Shown here: positions 59,187 to 64,000 of the stretch, piece by piece
How positions within the stretch are numbered: the stretch's first letter is position 1
How the letters are laid out: each line of letters begins with the position of its first letter
From: Alloascoidea hylecoeti
Taxonomy: Eukaryota
DNA: 64,000 nucleotides
Assembly (NCBI GenBank): GCA_001600815.1
Contig: BCKZ01000012.1
Coordinates: 248,001-312,000 of the forward strand
Direction of reading: 5' to 3'
Program-made: the position numbers and the translations under genes
Notes under the pieces: model-generated
Seen by the model: the letters and a program-made list of their open reading frames with translations, nothing else
What the model was told of the DNA's origin: nothing
The model's database searches: none

Positions 59187-61244
59187 TTATGTTATCTTAA
59201 GATTTTGAATAGGATTTATAATCTCCTCATCGTCAGATTCACCTCCAGGTATTTTAAACCCAGCATAATCTTCTGTTCCTAAAGCGTAGTTAATTTCACT
59301 CAAGGAGCCCAAGTCACCAGGAGTCATCATCATAGAGCCAGCTCTCATACTTGGAGATCCTGGAACACTGACTGGCCCTCTTCTGTTTTCTGACACAGGA
59401 ATGTCAAACGGGTTAACCATTCCTTCAAAACTATCAGGGTAGCCTCTCATTAAAGCCAATTGACGAGCATTAGTATATTGAAGACCCAACCGACGCCAAT
59501 CCAGTAAATCACTAAGACGTTCCGTCCTATTTCGTTGATTAATACGCTGTCTACGAGACTTTTTTGTAAAATCAAACATATAGTCAACTAGTTGTTCAAC
59601 TGATTCATCGGCTGATTTGAAGCGACGGTCAACAATATATACACCATAGTCTGAAGAACGTTCAAGTATATNTTCCATATATCCACCAAAACCTGAAATG
59701 TTTGTAGTAATTGAAGGAACTCCCATAACTGTACATTCTGCCGGTGTATAACCCCATGGCTCATAATAAGAAGGGAAAACACCCATATGACAACCACGAA
59801 CAAAATCATCATAGTCGAGAGGTAAAATTGGATTGCTTGAGTTCAAAAATTCAGGATGGAATATAACTTTAACTCGATCAGACGAGTGATTAAACAACTT
59901 AACGTGACGAATTTGAGTCAAAACTGGATCATTTGCATCATCTTCCATATTATGGGTAACAATTGGGGGAAGTTTATCTCTCTTTAATGCAAAAACTCGC
60001 CTTTTTAAAAGAACTTTATCCGACTTTGTCAATAAATCGTCAATTTCTGGAATTTCCTGGCCATGTTCAGAGTAGCGAGCACAATGTTCAAAAATTCTTT
60101 TACCAATTGATTCTTGAAGTTCTTTGACGGTATCATCCAAAGATTTAATAACTGCTTGTCCTTTCAAAGTCTCCACGGTATAAGAATTTGTTTTAGCTGG
60201 CATAATAATAAAGGCAACAACTGTGATTTTTGAACCGCTTTCTTTTAGTCTATAATTAAGTCTTGCTAATGCTTCAATATACATATCAGCACCTTTGTTT
60301 TTATACTCATAACGACCTGCAATAAACATATACAAAGTATTATCCAGATCAAAATCATAATAACCGTAAAAGTGCCCCTTAACGAACTCGTTGATTTTAT
60401 TTTTGTACTGGGCATGCAGATTTTGGAANTCATGAAGAACTGAAAATTTCACAACATTGATACCATTAGGAGTAATACCATCAGGACGCCTCTTCAACAA
60501 ATGTTCCGCTTCTAATCCAGTAATGTTTGAGACTGTCGTGAAAACATCTGCTGAATGTGTAGCAGCTCTTTCGATACAGTAACGATGATATATTCCCCTC
60601 TTACCAGCTTCAGCATCACAATCAAAATTTTCCAAATTATTGTAAAAATCAGTGGCTCCTGCACATAGATACCTACCAAGGAGAGTTGCATGAGTTGTGA
60701 AGACAGTTGTCACATCAATTTTTCTCTTTCTACACAGAGGAACTGCAACCCCCGCTAACCATTCATGGAAGTGGCCAACAATGGCATGGTCTGTATCATG
60801 GGTTGCATATTCTCCAAGAAACCAAGCAACAAGATAACCAAAAACAATTGCCTCATTTGTCTCCCCGTCATGATCTGGAGCTGGGATTCCAGCAATTGAC
60901 CATAAATCTGCTTTCCATTCATTGAGGAAACAATGAGCAGAGGTAGTATCAAATAAGATGACGTTTGGAGCACCATCTATAAGCCATTGACCATAGACGA
61001 TATGAATTCCTTGAGCTCTCATCGAAGCTATCGTATCAGCCAGTGCTTTATTAGTCGGCTCGACTTCCTCGACCTCAACTTCCGCTGACTTCGGATTCAA
61101 TGGACCCAAAAGGTGATATCTGCTGCCATATTCTTTGACAGTGACTGGCGTCTTTGATTTGATAACCGAGTAAATACCACCAACACGATTTGCAACCTCT
61201 GTGGACGCTTCAAACAGAACATGATTATGAACGTCTCGAGGCAT
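59187..61244 (-). CDS. Glycogen synthase (Gsy1/Gsy2 family)
   Basis: [65 protein letters not shown]. Confidence 0.98.
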   Translation of the reverse strand: MPRDVHNHVLFEASTEVANRVGGIYSVIKSKTPVTVKEYGSRYHLLGPLNPKSAEVEVEEVEPTNKALADTIASMRAQGIHIVYGQWLIDGAPNVILFDTTSAHCFLNEWKADLWSIAGIPAPDHDGETNEAIVFGYLVAWFLGEYATHDTDHAIVGHFHEWLAGVAVPLCRKRKIDVTTVFTTHATLLGRYLCAGATDFYNNLENFDCDAEAGKRGIYHRYCIERAATHSADVFTTVSNITGLEAEHLLKRRPDGITPNGINVVKFSVLHXFQNLHAQYKNKINEFVKGHFYGYYDFDLDNTLYMFIAGRYEYKNKGADMYIEALARLNYRLKESGSKITVVAFIIMPAKTNSYTVETLKGQAVIKSLDDTVKELQESIGKRIFEHCARYSEHGQEIPEIDDLLTKSDKVLLKRRVFALKRDKLPPIVTHNMEDDANDPVLTQIRHVKLFNHSSDRVKVIFHPEFLNSSNPILPLDYDDFVRGCHMGVFPSYYEPWGYTPAECTVMGVPSITTNISGFGGYMEXILERSSDYGVYIVDRRFKSADESVEQLVDYMFDFTKKSRRQRINQRNRTERLSDLLDWRRLGLQYTNARQLALMRGYPDSFEGMVNPFDIPVSENRRGPVSVPGSPSMRAGSMMMTPGDLGSLSEINYALGTEDYAGFKIPGGESDDEEIINPIQNLKIT

Positions 61245-62126
61245 TGAAAAGAATTTTTATTCCAATGGATATAGAATTGGATAAATTGAGAAGAGAAAGA
61301 ACCAGTTGAGTTTTTATCCGGTTTTATAACTTTATTTCTCAGCAGACCACACCGAAATTATACCACATATTATAATTTAAAAAGCCAAAAATGGGACAAA
61401 GAAAGAGAAAAATCGAAGATGTTTTAAATTCATCTCCAATTATTTCTTATTGCCTTTTGTTTGGCTCNAAGAAAGCTTGTTGGCTAATATATAAGTTATA
61501 AAAGATGAAGTTCTTCGGGTTGAATGGGTTGAATGTACCCAGAACGGTCACGATTTGAGTGCGAGCGATGATATATAATCGGACGACCACTTGAAAAATA
61601 TTAAAAGACATCGTTAAATTTTTTNNAATTTTTTTTAATTAAAGTCCGAATAAGGCTTTTAATTTCCAGTGGGCGCTATTATTTACATGAAATCGTCTTA
61701 ACGTAATAATGTTGCNGAGAAGAAATGATCGAGCTCTATTATCATCTAAACACACAAACTCTCGCAGATGAATCAGAGAAGTTATACAAATGCTCACCAT
61801 CACATATAATAGCTAATTGATACCATATTCCCTTGTCGAATAGCATATATTCGGTGAATAAAAATACTAATAACTAAAAAACCATCACAATAAAAATATG
61901 TCACAGAGTAGTAAGCAGTAACTTAAAGAAGATGGCATACAAATATCATTAATCATATAATAGTATAATTTTCTTTTTTGGAAGAACAAAATTCGATATA
62001 AATAACTTAAATATAAATTATGTGCATAATAAAAATCTCAATATCCAAATTTGACATATTTTTTTTAATTTCTAGGTCAATATAGAATTGNCATTTTAAT
62101 ATTTGAATATGTTGTAGTATAATGTC

Positions 62127-63995
62127 TTAATCTAATAAACGATTCTCTACATCTTCACCATCTTCATCAATATAAGTATTATCAATCTTATACAACTCTT
62201 CAGTACTTTTCAATTTAAAACTCATAAAAAATGCAACGATTGCAAACATACCACCCATTCTAAAAACCCAACCCATACTATCATCACTTTTCGATGAATT
62301 TTCAAATAATTTAAATAGAAAGCTACTAAATAACGATGAAATCACCTGAGGAAATGATACAAATACATTATGAATTCCCAATATAACACCAGGTTCACAT
62401 TCATAAAGTTCAAATTTCTTTCTGCGAAAATGATTCGAATCACTTTCATTAGGATGATCGTGCAAATTTGAGTTTGTATGATCAACAACAGATTTTCCTT
62501 TCATTTCCTTAATGCGGGAAATATCCTCGGAAATTAGGACAAACGGTGCCCACAATGCAACACCCCAAGGTATACCTAAAAACCCAAACATCCAGATAGC
62601 TTTGGCAGAATTGTCTATCCAGAATGTCGAAACCATACAAAGAATGAATATAGCATGTGTAATTGTCCAAGTTTTCCCGACTGTTAACCATTCGAGTGTA
62701 AGCTTTGACTTTTTAACTTCAGTAACACCTGATTCTTCAATCACATTATCGTGAGTCGGTTTAATGACCAATGGTAATAACACATCAACAGTTAATGAGG
62801 TGATAGCGTGAACCACCAATGCTAGAGCACCTCTCCTAGTTGCATTATCATTAAAAATATCATTTTCTTCTGGGGTTAAAGGAGGAGAGTCAATTGGTCT
62901 TGATGCCATATATTCTTTCTTATATAGATCACCAACATATGTAGTAGTATAAAATAGCATCGGAAAATATCCCACCCAAGCAAAGAATTGAATTTTACAT
63001 ACTAAATTAACCTGAGGAGGTAATCTTGTGATGCTGTATAATGTTTCTTTTATAACTGCAATTATTGCTCTCCAACCGGTCGCTTTTTTAAGACCCATTT
63101 TACGCATGCGAATAGCCTTTTGTTTCCTTTCGTGAAGTATTGCAATATCGGTATTTGGGTTTCGTTCCTTAATGAAATAAAATGATAGAATAACTGTAGC
63201 AGTCATCACAATAGATGCAGATGAAGCCAGTACTTTAAATTGTGATGTACCAAGAAAGGGAAATAATTGGGGTAAATCAGCAGCGGCTAAAACATAGCCA
63301 ATGATATTAAAAGTGCCATTTAATCTTGCAGCCCAAGCATTTGCTACTTGTTGTTGAGAAGTAGGAACATTATCAACAATATAAGCTCTTGAAGTGGCTT
63401 GGATAGCACTTATGGAGAAATCCAAGATATAGACACCAAAGACAGCAAAAGGTATTGTCAAAGCTTTAATTTCATCGTGTGACTTATTCTTGTCAACAAA
63501 AAACCCAACTATNTCAATTGAATAACTGAGATAAAACAAAGAACAAGAGGTTGCAATGCAACCACCTATTATAAATGGCTTCCGTCTTCCATGTTTATAA
63601 GTACAAGCATCACTGAAAATGCCTACAATTGGTTGACCGAAAGTACCAGAGAGGGGACCAGCTATCCACACCAGCGCAAGCATATGCTTAGATACCCCCA
63701 AGTTTGTAAGAAAAGGGGTGCCTTCAGAAAATTCGGCACACCATGCCAGTTGTAAGCCACCCACTATGATGGTCAGCATTAATATGTATAGCGTAGATCT
63801 AAGTGGGTTGATGACATCTGAGATGTTCAAATCTGTATTCGCCATGGTGTTTAAAATGCTGGATGAAAGAAGAGAAGACTCTTCTGGAACCTCTAATTGA
63901 GACAGTTGATTGTTTGAGCACGTGGGTGATGAAGATGTGGATAAAAGAGGTGTGCTTGGGCCTTGAGATCCAGTATTGTCCGATATGTGAGCCAT
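62127..63995 (-). CDS. Sucrose/alpha-glucoside transporter (S. pombe Sut1 / plant SUT-like, GPH family)
   Basis: GGLQLAW...GTPFL, WIAGPLSG..QPIVGIFSD, GRRKPFI, QFFAWVGYFPMLFY, GVILGIHNVF; the start may lie beyond the window. Confidence 0.9.
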   Translation of the reverse strand: MAHISDNTGSQGPSTPLLSTSSSPTCSNNQLSQLEVPEESSLLSSSILNTMANTDLNISDVINPLRSTLYILMLTIIVGGLQLAWCAEFSEGTPFLTNLGVSKHMLALVWIAGPLSGTFGQPIVGIFSDACTYKHGRRKPFIIGGCIATSCSLFYLSYSIXIVGFFVDKNKSHDEIKALTIPFAVFGVYILDFSISAIQATSRAYIVDNVPTSQQQVANAWAARLNGTFNIIGYVLAAADLPQLFPFLGTSQFKVLASSASIVMTATVILSFYFIKERNPNTDIAILHERKQKAIRMRKMGLKKATGWRAIIAVIKETLYSITRLPPQVNLVCKIQFFAWVGYFPMLFYTTTYVGDLYKKEYMASRPIDSPPLTPEENDIFNDNATRRGALALVVHAITSLTVDVLLPLVIKPTHDNVIEESGVTEVKKSKLTLEWLTVGKTWTITHAIFILCMVSTFWIDNSAKAIWMFGFLGIPWGVALWAPFVLISEDISRIKEMKGKSVVDHTNSNLHDHPNESDSNHFRRKKFELYECEPGVILGIHNVFVSFPQVISSLFSSFLFKLFENSSKSDDSMGWVFRMGGMFAIVAFFMSFKLKSTEELYKIDNTYIDEDGEDVENRLLD

Positions 63996-64000
63996 CACAA

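Noticed and set aside
1..64000. CRISPR arrays, intact transposons, LTR pairs, rRNA
   Set aside because: None seen; eukaryotic housekeeping region.

Overview
AT-rich nuclear DNA of an intron-containing budding yeast (Saccharomycotina; CUG reads as Leu). It holds 24 intact protein genes and one tRNA-Val(AAC). The genes are a copper-fist TF, YRB30, RAD54, a fumarate reductase-cytochrome b5 fusion, PGC1, YPT1, an SSA Hsp70, SGF73, ALG2, a DNAJC28-like protein, a Con7-like TF, a MARVEL protein, DGAT1, a Zn2Cys6 TF, a Sel1/DSF2-like protein, MLH1, NSE4, QRI7, MME1, HUL5, CFT2, an acyl-protein thioesterase, glycogen synthase and a Sut1-like transporter. Seven spliced genes were rebuilt by hand. Signals the ORF track misses: (1) a ~640-nt G/U-rich structured minus-strand ncRNA candidate between the DSF2-like gene and MLH1, with telomerase-RNA-like 3' features but no identified template; (2) a decayed NRPS-like thioester-reductase pseudogene at the left edge; (3) a palindromic E-box array in the RAD54/fumarate reductase promoter; (4) sharp GC peaks that cut across genes; (5) an abrupt onset of ambiguous bases at 41.8 kb; (6) a probable non-AUG mitochondrial extension of PGC1; (7) several ATG-less coding relics. 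All homology calls come from recognising motifs by eye; no searches were run.
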